Source: Candidatus Undinarchaeota archaeon (GTDB taxonomy: Archaea; Undinarchaeota; Undinarchaeia; Undinarchaeales; UBA543). Taken from it: a stretch of 35,439 bases of DNA. How positions within the stretch are numbered: position 1 is the first letter of the stretch; the number at the start of each line of letters is the position of its first letter. Below, piece after piece: positions 16,186 through 25,598 of this stretch. The translations under genes were made by a program, and so were the position numbers. The notes beneath the pieces are model-generated. The model was not told the DNA's origin. It saw only the letters and a program-made list of their open reading frames with translations, and ran no database searches. The DNA lies in assembly GCA_964636545.1 (NCBI GenBank), contig CAZWSR010000007.1:10170-45608 (forward strand). The letters run 5' to 3'.

Positions 16186-16704
16186 TTACTCCTTTTTCTC
16201 TTCTGTTTTTTCAGCAGGTTTGTCTTCTTTCTCAGGCTTTTTGTCTTCTTTGTCAGGTTTCTTGTCTTCTTTTGGCTCTTCAGCTGCTTTTTCTTCTTTT
16301 GCAGGTTTGTCTTCTTTCTTTTCTTCTTTTTTGTCAGCTTCCTTTCCTTTTGCAACTGGTGCACTTCCGCTTTTTACAAGATCTTCAATAGCTTTCTTTG
16401 CATCGCCTGCTTCAACTATTGCAATTGCAGTTGTTGGCACGCTAAGGCCTGCAGCTTTTCCAAGTTCTTCTTTCTTAGGAACAGAAATGTATGGAATATT
16501 CTTTTCTTCGCACAATCCTGGGATGTGTGCTAGAATTTCGCCGGGGCTAGTGTCGCTTGCCATTACTACCAAAAGCGCTTGCTGACGCTCTATTGCTTTA
16601 GTTGTCTCGTTAGCACCTTTTCGGATGCGTCCTGAGTCTTTAGCGCGGCTGATTGCCTCGTACGCCTGGTTAGATTTCTCTGCTGGAATTTCGTTTTTTG
16701 TCAT
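16186..16704 (-). CDS. rpl7ae: 50S ribosomal protein L7Ae
   Basis: IRKGANETTKAIER, LCEEKNIPY, KEELGKAAGL; K/E-rich tail. Confidence 0.96.
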   Translation of the reverse strand: MTKNEIPAEKSNQAYEAISRAKDSGRIRKGANETTKAIERQQALLVVMASDTSPGEILAHIPGLCEEKNIPYISVPKKEELGKAAGLSVPTTAIAIVEAGDAKKAIEDLVKSGSAPVAKGKEADKKEEKKEDKPAKEEKAAEEPKEDKKPDKEDKKPEKEDKPAEKTEEKKE

Positions 16705-16875
16705 TTTAATTTACCTCTCAACTATCCCCTATTGGGGGTCATTGTCTCATTAAGATTCAAAATTAGAACCTTTGAGGCTTATAACACACTAATTAGGTGT
16801 ATATAAATGTTATGTGAGCATAGAAAGGTATTTATAAGCTATTCAATCATAAAACTGCTTGAGGTTTATGGGAAC

Positions 16876-17286
16876 ATGCGAAGATCAAGAGGATTTAGAT
16901 CAAGGACTAGAAATAAACTGAAAGGCGGACGCTTTTCAATAGCTGAAGCACTACAAATATTTAAAAAAGGAGATAAGGTCCGTTTAGCTATCAATCCTTC
17001 AGTACATTCCGGTATGCCGCACCCACGATACAAAGGTCGTCTTGGCGAAGTTCTTGCTTCACGAGGTCGCTCATTTATTGTTGGTGTAAAAGATGGTGGA
17101 TTAATTAAGAAATTCACTTGCAGGCCAGAACACTTGAAACCAGAGAAACAGGTGTCAGCAGTCAGCTCTCAGCCATCAGGTAAAAAGCCAACAGCTAAGA
17201 GCAAAGAGTCAAAAGTTGCATCAAAGGAACCAACCAAACCAAAAGCAACTAAGCCAAAAACTACTACTAAAGAGGAGAAAAAATGA
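16876..17286 (+). CDS. rpl21e: 50S ribosomal protein L21e
   Basis: RSRGFRSRTR, GMPHPRYKG, RPEHL; start moved to MRRSRG. Confidence 0.95.
   Translation: MRRSRGFRSRTRNKLKGGRFSIAEALQIFKKGDKVRLAINPSVHSGMPHPRYKGRLGEVLASRGRSFIVGVKDGGLIKKFTCRPEHLKPEKQVSAVSSQPSGKKPTAKSKESKVASKEPTKPKATKPKTTTKEEKK
17155..17205. repeat. Family E palindromic heptamer element, in frame in rpl21e
   Basis: tcagcag tcagctc tcagcca tcag gtaaa aagccaa cagctaa gagcaaa. Confidence 0.75.
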
Positions 17287-17624
17287 TTGGAAAACGTGCA
17301 CTATCACAAGAACCAGTATCACTCGCAAATGTAAAAGATATAATTACTGAAAGGAAGAAACAAGGCGAGCTCAGTTACGAGCAGAATCTCACTCTTGAGT
17401 ACTGCAAAAAATTCATCAAACTTTCAACTAAAGACACTGCCAAGCTTATTGAAGAGCTTGTACAGCTGGAGAAGCTCAACCAGTCACACGCAATTTCGTT
17501 GGCTGATGTAATGCCAAGTAATCCTGAAGAAGTTAAACTAGTTTTCGCAAAAGAGCACTTTGTCCTAGGTGATGAAGAACTCTCTCAAATACTTGAAATT
17601 CTAAATAAATACAGGAAAAAGTAA
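17283..17624 (+). CDS. rpoF: DNA-directed RNA polymerase subunit F (Rpo4)
   Basis: ELSYEQ, LADVMP; conserved rpl21e-rpoF-DUF655-rsmA order. Confidence 0.92.
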   Translation: MIGKRALSQEPVSLANVKDIITERKKQGELSYEQNLTLEYCKKFIKLSTKDTAKLIEELVQLEKLNQSHAISLADVMPSNPEEVKLVFAKEHFVLGDEELSQILEILNKYRKK

Positions 17625-17625
17625 G

Positions 17626-18345
17626 ATGCCTTCTGAAGAATATGCAATTGTTCTCGACTACTTATCAGAGGGACGTGTTGATAGCAACACTCCTGGATAT
17701 AAGCGCGAGAAACGAATTGCACAAGTTGTTGGTGAGGAATTCTTTTCCTTACTTGAGGTTTCGCTCAGAGAAGAGCAAGCAGTTTCAGCTGGAGACAAGA
17801 TTTACATTGGAAAAAGCACAAGAGAGAAGGTCCACCACATTATCCGAAAGCTCAATTACAAAGATTTAACTTCAACTGCACAAGTTGAGCTTGAATTCAC
17901 ATTAAAAAATCTTGTTGATACAAAAGAACCAGAATTCGTTACATGGTTTAATGAGTGCGGTTCACTTACAACTAGATTGCACAGGCTTGAGCTTTTGCCA
18001 AGTGTTGGCAAGAAACACATGTGGGAAATCACTGAAATCCGCAAAACACCTTTCAAGAACTATGCAGACATTGCTGCTCGTGTTAAACTGCTTCCAGATC
18101 CACAGAAACTCATAATCAAACGAATTATCTGGGAACTTCAGGGCGAAGATGACAAAAAGAAACAAATCAAGTATAAAATTTTCGTAGGCGTGCCATTATC
18201 TGCTGCTAGTGAACAGGCTGAAGGTGATGAAGATAATGTTAAAACAATAACTGTTGATCCAAAACCTGAGAAAAAGAAAAAGAAACCAACTGAAGAGCAG
18301 GTTAAGGCAGATGTTGATGCATACAAGGCATTGATGGAAGAGTAA
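17626..18345 (+). CDS. DUF655 putative RNA-binding protein
   Basis: EEYAIVLDYL, FFSLLE, RLHRLELLPSVGKK. Confidence 0.9.
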   Translation: MPSEEYAIVLDYLSEGRVDSNTPGYKREKRIAQVVGEEFFSLLEVSLREEQAVSAGDKIYIGKSTREKVHHIIRKLNYKDLTSTAQVELEFTLKNLVDTKEPEFVTWFNECGSLTTRLHRLELLPSVGKKHMWEITEIRKTPFKNYADIAARVKLLPDPQKLIIKRIIWELQGEDDKKKQIKYKIFVGVPLSAASEQAEGDEDNVKTITVDPKPEKKKKKPTEEQVKADVDAYKALMEE

Positions 18346-19178
18346 TGAAACTTTCCAAGCTTAAACAAATTCTTAGTGAAAACAATTTAACTACTCGGAA
18401 ATCTCTTGATCAGCATTTTCTTTATGACAAATCAATTCTACAAAGAGAAGTTGAGTATGCTGGAGTAACTGAACTTGATAATATTCTTGAAATTGGTCCA
18501 GGAATTGGAACTTTAACTGAGAAAATTCTTGAAAAATCTGAAAACGTTACTGTAATTGAGCTGGATTCTCGGTTCAGAAAAATTCTAGAGAAACTGAATA
18601 TCCAAATTGTAATTGCAAATGCATTAAAAGTTGATTGGGAAAAACTTTTTGTTGAATATGAAACTCCAAAATTCAATAAAATAATTTCAAATGTCCCATA
18701 TTCAATTTCATCTCCGCTGATTTTCAAAATACTAAAATATGGTCCAGAGTTAGCGGTTCTGTGCCTTCAAAAAGAATTTGCACAGAGAATGGTTGCTCAA
18801 GCAGGAACATCTGATTATTCTAGATTATCAGTTAATTGCGCTGTCAGGGCAGATGTTGAATTACTTGAAGAAATTCCAAAAGAAGAATATTATCCAATTC
18901 CTAGAGTGGATTCAGCAATAGTTAGAATAACTCCGAAGAAGCGGGGCGCCGGGGCGCCGGGGCGGCGTGGAGGAGTTGTTTTACCTGAAAAATTTGATTC
19001 AGTTGTTAGAGCAGCTTTCCAGCACAAAAGACAGAAGCTGAAGAAAGCAATTATGCATTCTTGGAAAGAATTAGGAACTAAGGAAGAAGCTCAGGCATTT
19101 GTTGATACTCTTGGCGTAATTGGTGAAAAGAAAGTTTTTGAAATTAGTGCGGATGAATTTATTCGGATTACTACTTGA
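18345..19178 (+). CDS. rsmA: 16S rRNA dimethyladenosine transferase KsgA/RsmA
   Basis: QHFL, LEIGPGIG, IELD, SNVPYSISS, QKEFAQR, PRVDSA. Confidence 0.95.
   Translation: MKLSKLKQILSENNLTTRKSLDQHFLYDKSILQREVEYAGVTELDNILEIGPGIGTLTEKILEKSENVTVIELDSRFRKILEKLNIQIVIANALKVDWEKLFVEYETPKFNKIISNVPYSISSPLIFKILKYGPELAVLCLQKEFAQRMVAQAGTSDYSRLSVNCAVRADVELLEEIPKEEYYPIPRVDSAIVRITPKKRGAGAPGRRGGVVLPEKFDSVVRAAFQHKRQKLKKAIMHSWKELGTKEEAQAFVDTLGVIGEKKVFEISADEFIRITT
18942..18970. repeat. Family F GC-rich octamer repeat, in frame in rsmA
   Basis: cggggcgc cggggcgc cggggcgg, encoding RGAGAPGRRG. Confidence 0.8.
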
Positions 19179-20562
19179 ATCTTACATACCAAGTATCTTT
19201 TCTGTCATCTTCAAAAAAATCATTAGGTATCTGTACTACTGGAGTTGCATATTCAAGAACTTTCTCTTTGAATTCATTTATGTTAACCTTATTCAGTAAT
19301 TGCTTTAGATATTGTAGCAAGGTTTCATAGTTTGTAATTACCATATATTTGTCTAGTTTTTCTATTTCATCTCCTTCTCCAACAAATACTGAGGCAATTA
19401 TTTCTCTTGCTTTTTTAAAAATTTCCAATATTGTTGCATAGTCTTTTTTCTTATAGTGTGTTTTTGCTAATTGAAACACATGATTATAGACATTTTGGGT
19501 TTTTTTCCATACATTTTGTCCTGGGTTTGCTATAAACTTTGAATAATGTGCATATCCAAATGGATTCGCCATATAAATTGTTATTTTTTCAGTTGCTTCT
19601 TTGGCATCCTGGCCCTTTGTAGCCATCGGTACCTCTATTGGAAAATATTTTGCAGTGGTTGCCTGTGTGTCTCTGTCATCAATTTCTTCTATATAATCAT
19701 ATTTTTTTGTAAATGCTGCAATTTGTTTTTTTGTTCCAAGAGCATGAATAATTTCTATTGGTTCTAAGGAAACCTTATTCATCAAAACAGAAAGTCCTCC
19801 TTTCATCCCTTTTGGCATAATAAAAAATGCTCTGTATGGTAGTTTTCTGTCAGGAATAAATTTTATGTTTCTCACACTACAGTGTACACTTCTAAAAGCA
19901 CACCCAATTGCGCTCTGTGTTGCTTGAAAACACCCCCCTGCTCCACTTTTTCTAAGAAATCCATATGTCATAAAATACTTGTCATGTACTTCCTCGCCAT
20001 TATTTGCCTTTGATATTATTTTCTTTATTTCAGCAAGCTGTATATCTGGCACCTGTCTGTGGCATGGAACTTGTGACCCACTACATTTAACATTAATTTC
20101 TTCACCAAGTGTATTCAAATCTATTGGAGGTTCAGGTGTTGCTTCAGCTACTTTAATTTCTTCTTCTATTTTTTCTTCAGTTTCTTCACTAATTTGATCT
20201 TTAAAATGAGCATTCAGCAAAGTAACATATTTTCCAAGCATATTTACAATATTTGTTGCAGCAACATCACTTGCCCCTGAGCTTGTCAATCCAATTGTTT
20301 CGTCCCAAAGCCCTCTAAGTATAAGTTTCAAATCTCCTTTAATTTTTATTTTTTCTTTTGTTTTTATTTCAAGTTCATCATCCATATCTTTGTATATCAC
20401 TTGAAAAGAGCCAACATTTACTATATTTTTCAATGTGATGATTGTTTTTTCTCTTTGTTTTATTCTTACAAAAGTCGCTGAATCATTACTTGCACTTACC
20501 TTTCCTGATGTGTAAATAGGCACAACAATTGGTGTCTGAATTTTAAAGTTTTCTTTGTGCAT
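19171..20562 (-). CDS. Hypothetical protein
   Basis: 463-aa ORF with no recognised motif. Confidence 0.75.
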   Translation of the reverse strand: MHKENFKIQTPIVVPIYTSGKVSASNDSATFVRIKQREKTIITLKNIVNVGSFQVIYKDMDDELEIKTKEKIKIKGDLKLILRGLWDETIGLTSSGASDVAATNIVNMLGKYVTLLNAHFKDQISEETEEKIEEEIKVAEATPEPPIDLNTLGEEINVKCSGSQVPCHRQVPDIQLAEIKKIISKANNGEEVHDKYFMTYGFLRKSGAGGCFQATQSAIGCAFRSVHCSVRNIKFIPDRKLPYRAFFIMPKGMKGGLSVLMNKVSLEPIEIIHALGTKKQIAAFTKKYDYIEEIDDRDTQATTAKYFPIEVPMATKGQDAKEATEKITIYMANPFGYAHYSKFIANPGQNVWKKTQNVYNHVFQLAKTHYKKKDYATILEIFKKAREIIASVFVGEGDEIEKLDKYMVITNYETLLQYLKQLLNKVNINEFKEKVLEYATPVVQIPNDFFEDDRKDTWYVRFK

Positions 20563-20636
20563 TCTAATTAAATTATATCTTTCTCCTCCTCTATAAACCT
20601 TTTTAAACCCCCACTTCCTATGGTTATCGGGGAGAA

Positions 20637-21350
20637 ATGACGGAGAAAAAAATTATATTTGAGACTAAAGGAGTATGGAAAACTTACGGTCACGGAGACA
20701 ATATTACACATGCTTTAAGTGGTGTTGACCTTAAAATTTATGATAATGAGTATGCAGCCCTTTTCGGACCATCTGGTTCAGGAAAAAGCACCCTCATGCA
20801 TATTCTCGGTTGTCTAGATACGCCAACTAAAGGTCAGGTCTTTCTTGAAGGACAAGATGTTTCCAATTTATCGAGTGACGAGCTCGCTTTAGTCAGAAGA
20901 AACAAGCTCGGATTCATTTTTCAGGCCTACAATCTCATTCCCGGCCTTAATGCAATTGAAAATGTGGCAATACCTCTGCGTTTTGCTGGTTTTTCAGTAG
21001 CTGATGCTGAAGCAAAAGCAAAAAAGATGCTTAAAATCGTTGATCTGGAAGATAGAATGGATCATAATCCAAATGAACTTTCAGGAGGTCAGCAGCAGCG
21101 TGTTGCAATCGCTCGTGCTCTTGTTAATGACCCTGAAATCATTCTTGCAGATGAGCCAACTGGAAACCTTGATACAAAAACAGGGGATGAAATCGTTGAT
21201 ATACTTCACGATCTTCAAAAAAATCACGGGAAAACAATCCTCGTGGTTACTCACGATCCTGGTCTTGCTAAAAAGGCCAAGAAACACGTCCTAATGAAGG
21301 ACGGTAAAATCGTTGATAGTAAACACATGAAAGAGTGGTATACTGTCTGA
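20637..21350 (+). CDS. ABC transporter ATP-binding protein (LolD/MacB-type)
   Basis: [32 protein letters not shown]. Confidence 0.95.
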   Translation: MTEKKIIFETKGVWKTYGHGDNITHALSGVDLKIYDNEYAALFGPSGSGKSTLMHILGCLDTPTKGQVFLEGQDVSNLSSDELALVRRNKLGFIFQAYNLIPGLNAIENVAIPLRFAGFSVADAEAKAKKMLKIVDLEDRMDHNPNELSGGQQQRVAIARALVNDPEIILADEPTGNLDTKTGDEIVDILHDLQKNHGKTILVVTHDPGLAKKAKKHVLMKDGKIVDSKHMKEWYTV

Positions 21351-21430
21351 TTGTTGTTCGTTTTTCGTAGTTCGTTCTTCGTAGTTCGTTCTTCGTAAAC
21401 GAATAACAAACAACTAATAACGAAAAACTA
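21351..21430. repeat. Family C palindromic heptamer element
   Basis: ttcgttt ttcgtag ttcgttc ttcgtag ttcgttc ttcgt a aacgaa taacaaa caactaa taacgaa aaacta. Confidence 0.88.
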
Positions 21431-21448
21431 GGATAAAGAGGGAAACAA

Positions 21449-22597
21449 ATGAAAAAAATATTAATAACAATGTTGCTTTTTGCAATACTACTCGCAGTAC
21501 CAGTTGCCGCGAGCGAAAACACTGAACTTTTAATTGAAGGTGGTGTTGTTGAAAAATCTGCTCAGCAGGGTGATACAATTAATTTACATTTCACTGTCAA
21601 AAGCATTGGAAAAATAAGTGCATCTAACCTGTATTATGAATTAATTGCTGATGCATCTGTTACTGGTTACTCCACTGGTCGAGTTAGTATGGGTGGTGTC
21701 GGTGTTGGTGAAACAAAGTCAATCAAAGTTCCACTTATTATTGCAAGTGATGCAACTGATGGGGCCAAGAGCATAACTATCAAAATCTGGTATTCTGGTG
21801 GAACACAATCTCCACTACAGAAAACATTTTCTTTCAATGTTGGAAGCGATGTTTCAATGCACCTTGACAATATTCTCTACAGCAAGGATCATATTGAACC
21901 TGGGAAGAATATCCAGCTCACTGCAGTTATAACAAATGTTGGAGACAATCCTGCATCAAGTTTGTTTGCCGAAATCGCTGCTACTTCTGAATACATCAAA
22001 CCAGTCCTATCTGGTGGGACAGATTATGTTAGTCAGGTTCCTGTTGGTGGTTTAGCTCAGTTCTATTTCACAATTAATGTAGACAGCGATGCTGAAACAG
22101 AAACTTATGATGCTACAATAACCTTGACTTATGATGATGATAGTGGTAATCAAAATATTGAAACATTTAATATTGGAATTCCAGTTTCTGGAACACCAAA
22201 ACTTGAGGTTTTGAATACTGAAATTGATGGTTCAGATTTCAAAGTTGAGATGGAAAATCTTGGAACAGCAAAGGCAAAAGCAATTCGCGTTGAGTTGGTT
22301 CAAGGTGGAAAAATCATGGGTGTCAAGATTGACAATGAACTAAAGCCAGACAAACACTCCACTTTAAGATTCAAGACATTCAGGCGAGGATCTGCTCAGC
22401 TTGTAATACATTATCTTGATGATGAGAACATGGACTATGATGAAACAATTGACATTGAAGTTCCTGGTTCAAGTGGAAAAACAAGCAAATGGTCAGTAAT
22501 CTTCTTCATAATTGTGGTTATTGAATCAATTTACATCTACCGCAGGAAGAAGGGTAAAACACCACTGAATATACCATTTCTCAAGAAGAAGAGATAG
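21449..22597 (+). CDS. COG1361 S-layer-domain / CARDB-like secreted protein
   Basis: Signal peptide, repeated Ig-like N-x-G...A units, C-terminal TM and basic tail. Confidence 0.82.
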   Translation: MKKILITMLLFAILLAVPVAASENTELLIEGGVVEKSAQQGDTINLHFTVKSIGKISASNLYYELIADASVTGYSTGRVSMGGVGVGETKSIKVPLIIASDATDGAKSITIKIWYSGGTQSPLQKTFSFNVGSDVSMHLDNILYSKDHIEPGKNIQLTAVITNVGDNPASSLFAEIAATSEYIKPVLSGGTDYVSQVPVGGLAQFYFTINVDSDAETETYDATITLTYDDDSGNQNIETFNIGIPVSGTPKLEVLNTEIDGSDFKVEMENLGTAKAKAIRVELVQGGKIMGVKIDNELKPDKHSTLRFKTFRRGSAQLVIHYLDDENMDYDETIDIEVPGSSGKTSKWSVIFFIIVVIESIYIYRRKKGKTPLNIPFLKKKR

Positions 22598-22610
22598 AGG
22601 AGTCCTCTGA

Positions 22611-23711
22611 ATGATAGACCTGGCGCTGAAGGACATTCGTAGCCATAAGCTGCGCAGCTTTCTCACAGCGTTAGGTATAATTATTGCAATAACAACTATT
22701 GTTTCTCTTGGGTCTATTTCTTCAGGAATAATTAATTTGGTTGAAGGACAGCTTGAAATGGTGTCTGGTCGGTTGATTTTGCAAGAATCTGGGCAATCTA
22801 ATATGGGTCCGCCCTCTGGAAAAGTTCTTCTTTCTGAATTAGAGGAAATAGAGCAGATTTCTGGTGTTGAAGCAACTACAGGAATACGATTTGCACAATC
22901 TGGGAGCCATTTCCTTGCCGGTATCCAGCTTGATAAAATGGATCTTGTTGCTTTTGATAATTTAGAAATGGAGGAAGGAGACTGGCCAGATGCTGGAGAG
23001 TACGCGGTTGTTGTTGGATTCAAAGCCAGGGAAGCGTTTGGGTATGATATGGGAGATTATATTCGTGTTGAAGATTATGATTTAGAAGTTGTTGGTCTTC
23101 TTGAAGAAGTTGGCGGAACAATGGATTATGGTTTTCAAACTTCTTGGGAAACTGTTGATGATTTGTTTCCTGAAGATGAAGAATACACTACAATAGCTTT
23201 TGTAAAAGCACAAGACATTTCTATGCTTGGTGAAATTGCTGATGCAATAAAAGAAGAATATCCTCATCTTGATGTTAGTACAGCTGAAGAGCAGGCCCAA
23301 CAAGTCAAAGAGTCAATTGGTACAATTCGCGCCGCAACTTTCGGAATTGGTTTTATAGCTACACTTGTTGCAATGTTTGGAATTGTAAACACTATGATAA
23401 TGTCTGTTTCTGAGAAAAAGAAGCAAATTGGAATTATGAAAGCTGTTGGCGCAACCAGACGGCAAATAATGATTCGCTTTTTTGAGGAAAGTATTATAAT
23501 GGGATTGTTTGGTAGTCTCTGCGGACTCGCACTTGGTACTCTTGGCACCAGGGCTCTTAACAATATTCTTGGAATGGCTGTTGCAAAAGTAACTATTGGT
23601 TTAGCTACTTTCAGTGTACTATTTGCAATTGGTGTAACAATTATCGCAACGCTTTATCCTGCTATAAAAGCTGCAAAAATTGATCCTATCAAAGCAATAA
23701 GAGGTAAATAA
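22611..23711 (+). CDS. ABC transporter permease (MacB/FtsX-type)
   Basis: RSFLTALGIII, IVNTMIMSVSEKKKQIGIMKAVGA, IDPIKAIR. Confidence 0.92.
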   Translation: MIDLALKDIRSHKLRSFLTALGIIIAITTIVSLGSISSGIINLVEGQLEMVSGRLILQESGQSNMGPPSGKVLLSELEEIEQISGVEATTGIRFAQSGSHFLAGIQLDKMDLVAFDNLEMEEGDWPDAGEYAVVVGFKAREAFGYDMGDYIRVEDYDLEVVGLLEEVGGTMDYGFQTSWETVDDLFPEDEEYTTIAFVKAQDISMLGEIADAIKEEYPHLDVSTAEEQAQQVKESIGTIRAATFGIGFIATLVAMFGIVNTMIMSVSEKKKQIGIMKAVGATRRQIMIRFFEESIIMGLFGSLCGLALGTLGTRALNNILGMAVAKVTIGLATFSVLFAIGVTIIATLYPAIKAAKIDPIKAIRGK

Positions 23712-24830
23712 ATGCAATTAGAAATGATTCGCTCACAACTTGGAAGGCACAAGCTTAGGACAGGCCTTACTATTTTGAGTATTTTCATTGGTGTTTTCCT
23801 TTTAGTGACTATGGTTTCATTTTCAGAGGGCATTCAACTTACAATGGATGAGAATATCGGCTCTTTTGCTGGTTTAATAACAATTACAGAAGGTGACGGC
23901 GACGGCAGATCTATGGATATGATGGCTATGATGTCTGGTGAGATTGATGATTCTCTTATTCCAGAAATAGAAGCTCTAAGCGATATTGAGTTTGCAGAGG
24001 GCATGGCATACGTAATTACAGACGCTGGACAGGTTGCTGGCATTAATCCTCGTGCATGGTCAATGTATGGTATGGATGTTGGTTTTCAAGATGGGGATAT
24101 GTTTGATAAAGATGCTGAAAATGAAATAATTGTTGGATCTTTATTAGCAAAAACAGGCAATTATGTTGTTGGAGATGAAATTGAAATAAAGAAAAAGAGA
24201 TACGAAATTGTTGGTGTTATGGAGACTATTGGCAGTGCAGGGGATGACGCCAGTATTTTCATGCCTCTTGAAGAAGCACAAAAAGTTAGTGGAAAAGAGG
24301 ACAAGGTTATGATGATAATGGCTAGGGCAACAAATCTAGAAGATACTGAAAACGTTGCCCGTCAAATAATGGAAGAGTTTGATGATGTTAATGCAATGTC
24401 TGACAAAGAGTTGTTGAGACAGGTTGATACAATGCTTGGTCAAATTAATGTTATGATTTACGCACTTGGTTTGATTTCTGCCATTATTTCAGGAATTGTT
24501 ATAATGAATGTGATGTTCATGTCAGTTAGTGAGCGCACAACTGAAATTGGTGCAATGAAAGCACTTGGGGCAACTAATAAACAGGTTCTCACAGAAATTG
24601 TTGCAGAATCTGTTACAATGAGCATGGTTGGTGGTATTCTTGCTATTGCTGTTAGTTTCCTTGCTGCAACTGCTCTTAATTCTGCAATGAGTTCTCGTGT
24701 TGCAGTTGTTACATTGCGGTTGGTTATTGGGGCTTCGTTATTCTCAGGAGCACTTGGTTCACTTGGTGGTTATATTCCTGCTAGAAGAGCTGCTAAAATT
24801 AATCCAATAGAAGCATTAAGGTATGAGTGA
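23712..24830 (+). CDS. ABC transporter permease (MacB/FtsX-type)
   Basis: RTGLTILSI, MSVSERTTEIGAMKALGA, INPIEALRYE. Confidence 0.92.
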   Translation: MQLEMIRSQLGRHKLRTGLTILSIFIGVFLLVTMVSFSEGIQLTMDENIGSFAGLITITEGDGDGRSMDMMAMMSGEIDDSLIPEIEALSDIEFAEGMAYVITDAGQVAGINPRAWSMYGMDVGFQDGDMFDKDAENEIIVGSLLAKTGNYVVGDEIEIKKKRYEIVGVMETIGSAGDDASIFMPLEEAQKVSGKEDKVMMIMARATNLEDTENVARQIMEEFDDVNAMSDKELLRQVDTMLGQINVMIYALGLISAIISGIVIMNVMFMSVSERTTEIGAMKALGATNKQVLTEIVAESVTMSMVGGILAIAVSFLAATALNSAMSSRVAVVTLRLVIGASLFSGALGSLGGYIPARRAAKINPIEALRYE

Positions 24831-25598
24831 TTATTCAAATATTCGTGATTTGTAATGTATTGTTGCCATTTCTTTGCACAATTCTGGATTATCTCCATAA
24901 AAGTTATTCAAAAAAGGTACCAATTCTCCAATAACCTCTTTACTTTTTTCTATTATTTCATTTAAATGGTTTGACCATAATTTTACTTGATCTGCATAAT
25001 ATAATGTGTGAAATAAACCATTGTGGATTTCTTCTTTTGAAGGCAACCATATTTCCATTATCCAATCATTTTTTGGTATAAAACATGGCGGAGCCATATC
25101 TTTTACTATTAGTTCTTTTTCTTTTAATTTCTTAATAAATTCTTGAATTCTTTCATTTTTATCTAATTTTAATGGATTTATTAATTCTATATATGGTTCT
25201 TTTCGTTTCGAGTATTCTTTTTGGCTTCCTTGTGATGTATGCAAATCAATAATAAATTTTACCTTTTCTTTACAAAAACTTTCTACTTCATTATTGAAAT
25301 TTTCATTTTTTCCTATTTCCTTCTGCTCATATTCTTTTTTATGCATTTTGTGTGCATATCCTCTTATAATTTTCTTTCTAGGTTTTTCCTTCATTAGTTC
25401 TTTTTCTGTGTTAAGTGTACCAGTCCACCAGTCTAGTCCAAACAGTTCTTTGCGATTATATCCGCTTTTCCATTTATGATATTTGACTCCTTGTTCTTCC
25501 AAAAACTTCTCTTTCTTTAATTCTTCCCCAATATGTGTTGCTAGAACTTCTTCTAAATGTGCTCCGTACGTTATGTAAATCGGTTTTTCTTTAGTCAT
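24831..25598 (-). CDS. Hypothetical protein, possible M14/AstE-like zinc hydrolase
   Basis: YGAHLEE and FIIDLHT resemble HxxE and DLH Zn motifs; very AT-rich. Confidence 0.5.
   Translation of the reverse strand: MTKEKPIYITYGAHLEEVLATHIGEELKKEKFLEEQGVKYHKWKSGYNRKELFGLDWWTGTLNTEKELMKEKPRKKIIRGYAHKMHKKEYEQKEIGKNENFNNEVESFCKEKVKFIIDLHTSQGSQKEYSKRKEPYIELINPLKLDKNERIQEFIKKLKEKELIVKDMAPPCFIPKNDWIMEIWLPSKEEIHNGLFHTLYYADQVKLWSNHLNEIIEKSKEVIGELVPFLNNFYGDNPELCKEMATIHYKSRIFE

Noticed and set aside
15956-16585. Long Phe/Ser-rich + strand ORFs (also 15518, 16105, 32843, 32893)
   Set aside because: These are antisense shadows of K/E-rich ribosomal protein tails.
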